Origin: Candidatus Eiseniibacteriota bacterium
GTDB lineage: Bacteria > Eisenbacteria > RBG-16-71-46 > CAIMUX01 > VGJL01
Reading direction: 5' to 3'
DNA: 64,000 nucleotides
Assembly (NCBI GenBank): GCA_963792585.1
Contig: CAWBWI010000001.1
Location: 128,001-192,000 of the forward strand
Position 1 is the stretch's first letter. Each line of letters begins with the position of its first letter. Made by a program: the position numbers and the translations under genes. Below the pieces are notes generated by a model. It saw only the letters and a program-made list of their open reading frames with translations, had not been told where the DNA came from and ran no database searches. Shown here in pieces: positions 51,573-60,094 of this stretch.

Positions 51573-52169
51573 ATGGAGACCGAGATCAAGATCACCGGAA
51601 TGCCGTCTGCGGGAGAGCCCGAGCGCTGCGCTTTCGTCGTGAGCCAGCCGCTCTTCGCGGATAGATCCTTCTACTTCTCGAACGTGGAACAGGCGAAGGG
51701 CTCCCCGCTGGTCGAGCGCCTCTTCGCCATCAACGGAGTCGCATCGGTTCTCGTGGCGCACGACACGGTGACGGTCGTCAAGTCGACCCCGGACCCGTGG
51801 CCGGCGATCGGGAAACAGATCGGCGCCGCGATTCGGGAGACGATCGCTTCGGGCGCTCCTCCGGTGGCCCCCGAAATCCTGCGCGACGTCCCACCGGAAT
51901 CGGTCCTTCGCGAGATCGTCCAGCAGTTGCTCGACACGGAGATCAATCCCGCGCTCGGGGGCCATGGAGGCTTCGTCGAGCTGATCGACGTCAAAGAGAA
52001 CAACCTCTTCATGAGGATGGGCGGCGGTTGCCAGGGGTGCGGGATGGCGAAGGCGACCCTCCGCGGGGGGATCGAGAAGCTCATCCGCGAGGTCGTTCCG
52101 GCGGTGGGAGAGATCCTCGATGTCACCGACCATGCATCGGGCCGGAATCCCTACTACGAACGCGCCTGA
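51573..52169 (+). CDS. Nfu/NifU-family Fe-S carrier (Nfu_N + NifU_C)
   Basis: SPLVERLFAINGVASV..., INPALGGHGGFVEL, GGCQGC, VTDHASGRNPYY. Confidence 0.9.
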   Translation: METEIKITGMPSAGEPERCAFVVSQPLFADRSFYFSNVEQAKGSPLVERLFAINGVASVLVAHDTVTVVKSTPDPWPAIGKQIGAAIRETIASGAPPVAPEILRDVPPESVLREIVQQLLDTEINPALGGHGGFVELIDVKENNLFMRMGGGCQGCGMAKATLRGGIEKLIREVVPAVGEILDVTDHASGRNPYYERA

Positions 52170-52230
52170 TCCAACAGGCGACCCCTCGAGAAGCGCCCCG
52201 AGGGCAGGCTCCTCGGCGGCAGACGCCCCG

Positions 52231-52992
52231 GTGGCGCGCGGTCGTCGCGATCCCGCCGACTGGGAGGAGATGCTCCCGACGGCCTCCTGGCCCCGCCGTC
52301 GAGAGGCCCTGCGAGATCTCTTCGAGGCGATCGCGCCGACCTACGACCGCCTGAATCGCTGGATGAGCTTTGGGATCGACCAGCTCTGGCGCGCCCGGGC
52401 CGCCCGCGAGGCAGTCGCGGCGAACGGCGCTTCCACCATCCTCGACCTGGCCTCGGGCACCGGGGACCAGGCCGCGGCGCTCCAGAAGCGCGCGCCCGAT
52501 GCCCGCGTGGTGCGGCTCGACCTTTCCGATCCGCTCCTCCGGCGGGCGGAGGGGAAGCTGCGTTCCGGGGCGATCGCCCCTCCGCTGGTCGCCGAAATGG
52601 AGGCGCTTCCCCTGCGTCCGGCGACATTCGACGCGGTCACGATGGCCTATGCCCTGCGTCACGTAGAGAGCCTCGATCGCCTCATGGAGTCGTGCGCTCG
52701 GGTCCTGCGCCCGGGCGGGATCGTCTCCTTCGTCGACATGTCTCTCCCGGAACGCGGTCTCTGGGGGGGCCTCTATCGCTTCTACTTCCGCCGCATCCTG
52801 CCCCGCTTCGCCGCCCTCCTTGGCGGGCCGCGCCCGGCCTACGAACTGATGGTGCGTTCCGTCGAGTCGTTTCCCGGCTGGCAACGGCTCGAGGCGGCCG
52901 CCCGATCGGCCGGATTCACGGAGGTTCGCGTCATCCGTCTAACTGGAGGCGCGGCCAGCATTTTCACCGCCCGCAAGCCCAGCCAGACCTAA
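52231..52992 (+). CDS. ubiE: UbiE/MenG-family quinone biosynthesis methyltransferase
   Basis: FEAIAPTYDRLNRWMSFGIDQLWR, LDLASGTGD, RVLRPGG. Start uncertain (52231 GTG or 52270 ATG). Confidence 0.82.
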   Translation: MARGRRDPADWEEMLPTASWPRRREALRDLFEAIAPTYDRLNRWMSFGIDQLWRARAAREAVAANGASTILDLASGTGDQAAALQKRAPDARVVRLDLSDPLLRRAEGKLRSGAIAPPLVAEMEALPLRPATFDAVTMAYALRHVESLDRLMESCARVLRPGGIVSFVDMSLPERGLWGGLYRFYFRRILPRFAALLGGPRPAYELMVRSVESFPGWQRLEAAARSAGFTEVRVIRLTGGAASIFTARKPSQT

Positions 52993-53020
52993 GAAATCGG
53001 CCGGTTCCCCGAGAAGAATC

Positions 53021-53049
53021 TTGACTTTCGCCGGCAATATTTATATATT
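53021..53049 (+). promoter_or_regulatory. Sigma-70 promoter for the multiheme cytochrome gene
   Basis: TTGACT-N17-TATATT in an AT-rich patch. Confidence 0.7.
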
Positions 53050-53223
53050 TTCCAGCAAATACGAGAATAGATGTATCAACGGCTGGGCTCGAGCCACAGC
53101 CAGGGCAGCGGGGATCACGGATATCCCATCGGGCGTCGCCCGATATCCAAATAGATGCGACGAACACGATCACCAGGGATGGGGGAACGGATCCCCCGAG
53201 GACTCCGAGCGCAGGAGGCTCCC

Positions 53224-54729
53224 ATGTCCGCGAGAAATCACCCGATCGCACACGCGGTCTTGATCGCCGTCACATTGGCGGTCGTTTGGATTCCCCTCCA
53301 TGCAACACCCGCCGCCGCGGCAACCGATGAGACGATGGAAAATCTGGCCCTCGGGCCGTACATCGTAATTGGCTGGAACGATCTCGGCATGCATTGCATG
53401 AACAGGACCTTCGCCGACCTGGCCGTGCTGCCGCCATTCAATACCTTCTGGGCGACGGTCATCAAGCGCGGCGACGCGACCCATCTCCCGCAGGTGATGG
53501 GGGCGCCGTACAGCGTCGAGTACCGAATCGAAGACAATACGTACTCCGTCGGCAAGACGGACTTCTGGAGCTACGAGAACCAGCTCTTCGGGATCAACTT
53601 GCCCGACAACGTGGGATTGGCCGGATTCGGCCTCACCGGCTCCATGGCCTGGACGACCGACCACTTCCAGGCGACCGGAGTTCCGGTCACGCCGTGGACC
53701 GACACCAATCTCATCACCGAGCAGCCCTTCCAGCTGGGTTGGCTGGACGCGAAGGACGGATCGAACAACGTGATCGCCTCGACGGAGATCGTCGTTCCGG
53801 TCAGTACCGAGATGACCTGCAACGCCTGCCACCACCCGAACGTGGGGGAGACGGTGGAGCACGCCATCCTCCGCCGCCACGACGCCGAGGAAGGGACGAA
53901 TCTGGTCAACAGCCGCCCGGTCCTCTGCGCGAACTGCCACGGATCGAACGCCCTCGGCATGCCCGGCAATCCGGAACTGCCGAGCCTGTCCGAAGCGATG
54001 CACGAGCAGCACGCCGAAGAAACCAACGACTGCTACACGTGCCACCCCGGCCCGAACACGCAGTGCCTTCGCGACGTCATGTCCACGCAGCACGGCATGA
54101 CCTGCCAGGATTGCCACGGCAGCGTTCTCGACGTGGCGACCTCCATCGAGAACGGGCGCGAGCCATGGCTCGAGGAGCCGCGTTGCGGAGACTGCCACGG
54201 CGCCGGCCACGCGGAGCAGCCGAATACCCTCTTCCGCAATTCGAGGGGTCACGGCGGGCTCTACTGCGAGACGTGTCACAGCAGCCCCCACGCGATCCTT
54301 CCCTCGCGCGAGGAGCGGGACAACCGTCAGAATGTCAACCTGCAGGGCTTCGCCGGAACCCTCCGGGATTGCAAGGTCTGCCACGGGATCACGCCTCCCT
54401 CCGGCGGGCCGCACGGATATTGGCCGACCGACGCGGCGGACGCCGGGACCGGTGGCGCCTCGTTGGTCGCCAGCCCCAACCCGCTCCGCTCGACGACCGA
54501 GATCCGCTATCGGGTGGTCGATGGCAATCCGATCCTCTTGACGGTCTACGACGCAACCGGTCGCGCGGTCCGCACCCTCACCCGCAGCGCCCAGACCCCG
54601 GGAGAGCACACGCTCGTGTGGAACGGAAAGGATGACGAGGGACGCGCCGCCGCGGCGGGCGTCTACTACTGCAAGCTCGAGACCGGCGGGAGGAGCGCCT
54701 CGACCAAGATCGTGAAGCTCGACCGCTAG
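53224..54729 (+). CDS. Secreted heptaheme cytochrome c with FlgD-Ig/T9SS-like C-terminal domain
   Basis: Signal peptide; WNDLGMHC; CNACH, CANCH, CYTCH, CQDCH, CGDCH, CETCH, CKVCH; tail PNP...VYDATGRAVRTL...WNGKDDEG....GVYYCKL...KIVKL. Confidence 0.88.
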   Translation: MSARNHPIAHAVLIAVTLAVVWIPLHATPAAAATDETMENLALGPYIVIGWNDLGMHCMNRTFADLAVLPPFNTFWATVIKRGDATHLPQVMGAPYSVEYRIEDNTYSVGKTDFWSYENQLFGINLPDNVGLAGFGLTGSMAWTTDHFQATGVPVTPWTDTNLITEQPFQLGWLDAKDGSNNVIASTEIVVPVSTEMTCNACHHPNVGETVEHAILRRHDAEEGTNLVNSRPVLCANCHGSNALGMPGNPELPSLSEAMHEQHAEETNDCYTCHPGPNTQCLRDVMSTQHGMTCQDCHGSVLDVATSIENGREPWLEEPRCGDCHGAGHAEQPNTLFRNSRGHGGLYCETCHSSPHAILPSREERDNRQNVNLQGFAGTLRDCKVCHGITPPSGGPHGYWPTDAADAGTGGASLVASPNPLRSTTEIRYRVVDGNPILLTVYDATGRAVRTLTRSAQTPGEHTLVWNGKDDEGRAAAAGVYYCKLETGGRSASTKIVKLDR

Positions 54730-54807
54730 AATCCCGCGAAATCGACCGCAACATTCCACCCGCCCGGCGCCGTGCATCGGGCGGGTGGTCGCGTAAGGGC
54801 GAAAGCC

Positions 54808-55842
54808 TCAGGCGGCGAAGCCCCGGAGCACGACCTTTCCGAAAGCGCTTCGACTCTCGAGATAGGCGTGAGCCGCCGGCGCCTCCTCCATCGGGAAGAT
54901 CCGATCGACCACCGGCCGGATCGCGCCGGAGGCGATGAAGCGCATCGCCTCGGTCAGTTCGCCCCGCCCTCCCATGGTCGAGCCCAGGAGCGAGAGGCCC
55001 TTGAAGAGGAGGCGCAGGTCGAGCGAAACCTGCGGCCCCGAGGTCGCCCCGCAGGTCACCAGGCGCCCCCCCTTGGCCAGCGACCGCACGCTCCGCTCCC
55101 ACGTGTCCGCGCCGACGTGCTCGATGACGACGTCGACGCCCCGTTTTCCCGTCATCCGGCGCACCTCATCCAGAAAGTCCACCTCGCGATGCTGGATCGC
55201 CGTCTCCGCTCCCAGCGTGAGGGCGCGCGCCGCCTTTTCCGGGCTTCCCGCCGTCGCGATGACTCGCGCTCCGATCAGCCGCGCGATCTGGATCGCCATG
55301 ACACCGACGCCGCTGCCCGCTGCGTGAACGAGGATCGTCTCGCCCGCGCGCAATTGGGCCCGCGCGACGATCATGTGCCATGCGGTGAGGAGGGTCAGCG
55401 GAACGCTCGCCGCCTCCTCGATCGTCAGGTTCTCCGGGCGCGGCAGCAGGTGGGTGGCGGGGATGACGAGGCGCTCCGCGCAAGAGCCGTCGCGCGTCTC
55501 GCCGAGGATCCCGTAGAAGCGGCAGAGATGGTCGCGCCCGCTCTGGCACTCGAAGCAGGCGCCGCACCCGATCCCCGGCGCGGCGACGACCTCGGCGCCG
55601 ATCTCGATCCCGCGCACGCCCGGGCCGATGGCCGTGACCGTTCCGGCCGCGTCGCATCCCGGCGTCATCGGCAGGGGGTAGCGGTGACCGGGGACTCCGC
55701 GGCGAACCCATAGGTCGAGGTGGTTCATCCCCGCGGCCGCCACCCGGATCACGGCCTCGCCGGGACCGGGAGCGGGATCGGGGAGTTCCTCGAGCCGCAG
55801 GATCGACGGGGGACCATGTTCGGGAATCCTCCAGGCGCGCAT
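54808..55842 (-). CDS. Zinc-binding dehydrogenase / quinone oxidoreductase (MDR family)
   Basis: AAGMNHLD, CGACFEC...C structural Zn motif, AAGSGVG, GRLVTCGATSG, FGKVVL. Confidence 0.9.
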   Translation of the reverse strand: MRAWRIPEHGPPSILRLEELPDPAPGPGEAVIRVAAAGMNHLDLWVRRGVPGHRYPLPMTPGCDAAGTVTAIGPGVRGIEIGAEVVAAPGIGCGACFECQSGRDHLCRFYGILGETRDGSCAERLVIPATHLLPRPENLTIEEAASVPLTLLTAWHMIVARAQLRAGETILVHAAGSGVGVMAIQIARLIGARVIATAGSPEKAARALTLGAETAIQHREVDFLDEVRRMTGKRGVDVVIEHVGADTWERSVRSLAKGGRLVTCGATSGPQVSLDLRLLFKGLSLLGSTMGGRGELTEAMRFIASGAIRPVVDRIFPMEEAPAAHAYLESRSAFGKVVLRGFAA

Positions 55843-55977
55843 CGTTCCATCCTTTCGACGGCGGGCCGAGCTTCCGCATGCGGGGCGGATCGAATGATCG
55901 AACCTAACAACCGCTCCCTGGCCGCACAAGGCCCGGTTGCGGCGGCAGGGGCTATGCCGTAGATTCCGGAATCGCAT

Positions 55978-56841
55978 ATGGATGAAGCCCGCGAGCCGAT
56001 TGCCAGCGTCGTGATACCCGCCTTCAACGAGGAGGATGGGATCGAGGGCGTGGTGCGCCAGATCCAGGCCCTCCCCGGCGCGATCGAGCTGATCGTCGTT
56101 GACGATGGCTCGACGGATCGAACCGCGGAGCGGGCGGCCGCCGCCGGCGCGCGCGTTCTTCGCCATCCTCGCAACCGGGGCTACGGAGCCTCTTTGAAGA
56201 CCGGAATCCACGCCTCGCGGGCGCCGCGGATCGTCATCACCGATGCCGACGGCACCTATCCGAACGAGAGGATTCCGGAGCTGATCGCATTGCTGGATGT
56301 CAACGACATGGTCGTGGCGGCGCGCACGGGCGCCAAGGTCGCCATCCCCCTCGCGCGGCGACCCGCGAAATGGGCGCTCAACAAGCTCGCGAACTATCTC
56401 AGCGAGTCGAGGATTCCCGACCTGAACTCGGGGCTGCGCGCGTTCCGGCGGGAAAGCCTCCTGCCGTACCTCGGCATCCTCCCGTCGGGATTCTCCTTCA
56501 CGACGACGATCACGCTCGCGATGCACGTCAACGACCACTCCGTCAGCTATGTGCCGATCGACTACCACCAGCGGCAGGGCAAGTCGAAGATCCGGCCGTT
56601 GCAGGACACGGCGAACTTCGCGGCGTTGATCGTCCGGACGATTCTCTATTTCCGGCCGCTCAAGATCTTCCTGCCGCTCGCCGGCTTCTTCCTGCTCCTT
56701 GCGGCCGCGATCTTCGTCTACAGCTGGAAGTTCACGCCGAAGATCATGGACGCGTCGGTCACGATCACCCTGATGACCGCATTCCAGACGGCCATGATCG
56801 GGCTTCTGGCCGACCTGATCGACAAGCGGTCGCAAAGGTAG
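55978..56841 (+). CDS. GT2 glycosyltransferase (polyprenol-phosphate hexose synthase-like)
   Basis: SVVIPAFNEE, VVDDGSTD, NRGYGA, DADG, DLNSGLR; two C-terminal TMs. Confidence 0.9.
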   Translation: MDEAREPIASVVIPAFNEEDGIEGVVRQIQALPGAIELIVVDDGSTDRTAERAAAAGARVLRHPRNRGYGASLKTGIHASRAPRIVITDADGTYPNERIPELIALLDVNDMVVAARTGAKVAIPLARRPAKWALNKLANYLSESRIPDLNSGLRAFRRESLLPYLGILPSGFSFTTTITLAMHVNDHSVSYVPIDYHQRQGKSKIRPLQDTANFAALIVRTILYFRPLKIFLPLAGFFLLLAAAIFVYSWKFTPKIMDASVTITLMTAFQTAMIGLLADLIDKRSQR

Positions 56842-56844
56842 GCG

Positions 56845-57249
56845 ATGGTCGTCGGGCTGGGGATCGACCTCGTCGAGGTGGAGCGGGTCGCCCGTTCGGC
56901 CGAACGCTACGGGGACCGGTTCCTGCGCCGGATCTACCATCCCCGGGAACTGGAACAAACCCGTGGGGACCGGGTTCAGTACCTCGCCGCCCGTTTCGCC
57001 GTGAAGGAAGCCCTCTTCAAGGCTCTGGGGACGGGGTGGGCCCGCGGTATCCGGTGGGTGGATGTCGAGGTGCAGAACCTCGCATCGGGCCAGCCGATCC
57101 TGCTCCTGCATGGGGTGGCGGCCGAGCACGCCCGCTCCTTGGGGGCGGATCGATCTCACGTCACGATCACGCATACCGCCGGCCATGCTGCGGCGGTCGT
57201 GGTGCTCGAATCGACAGCCGGCGCTCCGGCGAGGGAAGGGAAGGAATGA
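56845..57249 (+). CDS. acpS: Holo-ACP synthase
   Basis: GLGIDLVE, LAARFAVKEALFKALGTG, HVTITH. Confidence 0.95.
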   Translation: MVVGLGIDLVEVERVARSAERYGDRFLRRIYHPRELEQTRGDRVQYLAARFAVKEALFKALGTGWARGIRWVDVEVQNLASGQPILLLHGVAAEHARSLGADRSHVTITHTAGHAAAVVVLESTAGAPAREGKE

Positions 57250-58232
57250 AGGCTCGAGCGATCCTCCTCACGATCCTGTTGCTTGCGGCGGGTTCGGCCT
57301 GGGCCCAGCAGGTGGTCCGGGAGAGGCCCCAGAGCCCCTACGCGAACTTCCCGCCGATTCCGCCCCTGGTCATGTACCAGGAGGTCCTGGGTTTCCGCTC
57401 CGAGATCGAGGGGATGATCGCGACGGCGAAGCCGACGATCACCCGCCCCGACAGCCTTGTGGCGTTGATCGATCGGCTCGTGACGGCGTGGGACCGATAT
57501 GGTGACTTCATGGATCGCGAGCACGGCGACTTTCCCAACATGTCCCGGAACCGACCCTACTGGCTGATCGCCACCGACGACGCGGCCGATACCCTCACCA
57601 CCCGCATGGGGTCCGTCCTCGCCTCGTACGTCAAAGCCAACCCCCAGGAGACGCTCGGAGCGGTGCGTGTCGAGTGGGAGGTCGGCGTGGAACAACTCGG
57701 CGTGCCCCGCAGCAAGCTCTTCGGGTTCCAGTTCGTCGAGCTGTCGCGTCGTGGGGCGGTCCTGCGCAAGGTCCTCGAGGAGAAGCACCCCGCAGACAAG
57801 GCCGAAGCTCGCGACGCCTACCTGCGATTCCTCTGGGACACGTACCAATTCTACGCACAGTTGCACTCGACCTGGTTCGATCGCAACACGCTGCGGATCG
57901 CTCAGGAGGATTGGATCGTCTATCGCTCGAAGGGGGCCTGCAAGGAAACGAAGTGGAAGATGATCACGGCATTGACCGCGGTCGGCGTCGACACTTCCAA
58001 CTTCGACCCGATGTCTGACAAGTTCATGCACCGCCTCCTGCTGTTCGATCCGGATTGCGGGGACACGCTCGACTTCGTGATGCCGCTGCCGCACTACAGG
58101 CTCATGGAGAAGGAACTGCAGAGGTTGACCCCGGCCCAGCAGGACAGCCTGATGAAGGGGATCTCCAAGGAGATGATCGAGCGGGGCAAGAGCCGGCCCG
58201 GCGCACCGTCGCCAGGAGTCAACACACGCTGA
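57246..58232 (+). CDS. Secreted hypothetical protein
   Basis: ATGA overlap with acpS; signal peptide ending AWA; protein-like composition; no recognised domain. Confidence 0.7.
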   Translation: MKARAILLTILLLAAGSAWAQQVVRERPQSPYANFPPIPPLVMYQEVLGFRSEIEGMIATAKPTITRPDSLVALIDRLVTAWDRYGDFMDREHGDFPNMSRNRPYWLIATDDAADTLTTRMGSVLASYVKANPQETLGAVRVEWEVGVEQLGVPRSKLFGFQFVELSRRGAVLRKVLEEKHPADKAEARDAYLRFLWDTYQFYAQLHSTWFDRNTLRIAQEDWIVYRSKGACKETKWKMITALTAVGVDTSNFDPMSDKFMHRLLLFDPDCGDTLDFVMPLPHYRLMEKELQRLTPAQQDSLMKGISKEMIERGKSRPGAPSPGVNTR

Positions 58233-59428
58233 GGCCTCGCGTCCTGGCGGTCCTGCCCGACCACCCTCATCCCGTCACGATGGGGGGCAGGGTACGAAAC
58301 CTGGCGATCCTGGAGGCGCTCGCCCCCCATTTCGACCTCGAGATCGTGACGCTGGTCCGCGATCCGCGACGGCTCGAGGATCCCGGCGCCGTCGCCCGGC
58401 TGGGGCGCTGGACGCCCGTACTGGCGGCCAACCGCCGCAGCATCTTCCACCGAATCCATGGCCAGCTCCGGTATCGGATCCGGGGGCGGGGCTGGGAGCG
58501 CGAGGCCTGGTTCCTTGGTTCTCCCGAACTCGCCCGGGTGGTCGCCACCGCAATGCGCGAGCGTCCTCCGCAGATCGTCCACAGCGCCTACTGGTTCACC
58601 TTGCGGCACCTTGGGGATCGCCCGCGGCCGCCCATCTGGGTCCTCGACACCCACGACGTCCAGTTCGAGCGCTGGGAACGCCTGCGCGGGAGGACGAATC
58701 CGATCGAGCGCGCGGCGGAAATCGCAGAACTCGCCCGGAACGATGTCGTGGTGGCGATCACCCCGCACGACGCGGAGGTCTTCCGGAGCGTGACCCCGCC
58801 GGGAGTCCGGATCGAGACGATCGGCATGGGCGTCGATCTCGCTCATTGGAGCCGCGAGGCGATCGGATCGCCCGCGCGCGGCTCGGCAGTCGCCTACTAC
58901 GGCTACATGGCGAACGAAGTGAACCGCCGCGCTGCGATCCATCTCTGCACCGAGATCCTGCCCGAGCTTCGCAAGAGGCGGCCCGACGCGACCGTGGTCG
59001 TGATCGGCGCCGACCCCGCGCCCGACGTGATGCGGCTCTCGCGGTTGCCCGGGGTGCGCGTGACCGGCGCGGTCGAGGATCCCCGTCCGCACCTGGCAGC
59101 CTGCGGTGTCTTCGCTCTCTCCCTTCGCGCGGCCAGCGGCCTTCGGAGCCGCGCATGCGAGGTGATGGCGCTCGACGTGCCGATCGTCGCCTACCCGGAG
59201 GCGCTTGAAGGGATGGGCTTCGAGCCGGACCGTGACTACGTGGAAGCGCGCGACCCGGCGGAGTTCGCGCAGCGCCTCGACGATCTCCTCGCGGATGCCA
59301 CCAAAGCCGCTGGAATCGCGGCTTCCGCGAAAGTGCAGGTCGCCGCGCGCTATGGCCGGGAATCGACCTACGGCCGCTTCGTCGGACTCTATCGCGAACT
59401 TTGCCGGTCGTCGGGGGTAATACGATGA
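58229..59428 (+). CDS. GT4 glycosyltransferase
   Basis: PHPVTMGGRVR, LDTHDV, YGYM...N, VTGAVEDPRP, EVMA..VPIVA. Likely CTG start with AGGAG RBS, overlapping the upstream TGA. Confidence 0.82.
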   Translation: MRPRVLAVLPDHPHPVTMGGRVRNLAILEALAPHFDLEIVTLVRDPRRLEDPGAVARLGRWTPVLAANRRSIFHRIHGQLRYRIRGRGWEREAWFLGSPELARVVATAMRERPPQIVHSAYWFTLRHLGDRPRPPIWVLDTHDVQFERWERLRGRTNPIERAAEIAELARNDVVVAITPHDAEVFRSVTPPGVRIETIGMGVDLAHWSREAIGSPARGSAVAYYGYMANEVNRRAAIHLCTEILPELRKRRPDATVVVIGADPAPDVMRLSRLPGVRVTGAVEDPRPHLAACGVFALSLRAASGLRSRACEVMALDVPIVAYPEALEGMGFEPDRDYVEARDPAEFAQRLDDLLADATKAAGIAASAKVQVAARYGRESTYGRFVGLYRELCRSSGVIR

Positions 59429-59457
59429 GACCCCGAGGGAAGCCCGCGGGGTCTCAT
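59425..59457. terminator. Hairpin between convergent GT4 and HU genes
   Basis: ATGAGACCCCG...CGGGGTCTCAT, 11-bp perfect arms plus an inner stem. Confidence 0.6.
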
Positions 59458-59476
59458 GTACTGACGAAGCGGGGTC

Positions 59477-59761
59477 CTACTTGGTCTTCTTCAGGACGGT
59501 TTCCTTGAGGTTCTTCGCGACGGTGAACTTGACGACCTTCTTGGCCGCGATCTTGATCTGCTCGCCGGTCTGCGGATTGCGACCGATGCGGGCCTTGCGA
59601 TTCAAGACCTTGAACTTGCCGAGACCCGTAAGGGGAACATCGCCCCCCTTCTTCAGGGTCTTCTCCACAACCATCGTGAGGCCATCGAGGAACAACTTCG
59701 CCTGCTTCTTCTCCAAGCCGCTTTCCTTGATAAGCGCCTCGACGAGCTGGGATTTGGTCAT
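59477..59761 (-). CDS. hup: HU-family DNA-binding protein
   Basis: MTKSQLV, GLGKF, RKARIGRNPQTGEQIKIAA..VVKF; AAGGAGG RBS. Confidence 0.95.
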   Translation of the reverse strand: MTKSQLVEALIKESGLEKKQAKLFLDGLTMVVEKTLKKGGDVPLTGLGKFKVLNRKARIGRNPQTGEQIKIAAKKVVKFTVAKNLKETVLKKTK

Positions 59762-59923
59762 GATTTCGATCCCTCCTTGGGTTCCCATGGATACTGTCTC
59801 GCAGGTTCGAGACCGCGTTCTGTTTAACACCGCCCACGCGCCGTGGCAACAGGATTCTTCGAAAAAGCCGCGAAAAATGCACCTCGGAGCGCTCCGGACG
59901 TGCGCGACACCAGGCGGGCCGCG

Positions 59924-59952
59924 TTGACTCCCCCCCGGTCGCAGGTTAGACT
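59924..59952 (+). promoter_or_regulatory. Sigma-70 promoter for the C25 peptidase gene
   Basis: TTGACT-N17-TAGACT. Confidence 0.6.
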
Positions 59953-60094
59953 TCGCTCCAGGATCTCCGGGCGGACACTTGGGTCCGCGGCGGGGATCGG
60001 CGGCCGATACGTCTCGTCATTCCGACCCCGGCGGCATGGACATGCGGCCGGGATTGCGCCGCGACCTCCGCGGCGCCGGTACCGAGGAGGTCCG

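Noticed and set aside
55843..57186. N-terminal 448 aa of the 792-aa minus ORF
   Set aside because: Antisense to GT2 and acpS; dehydrogenase homology starts at 55842.
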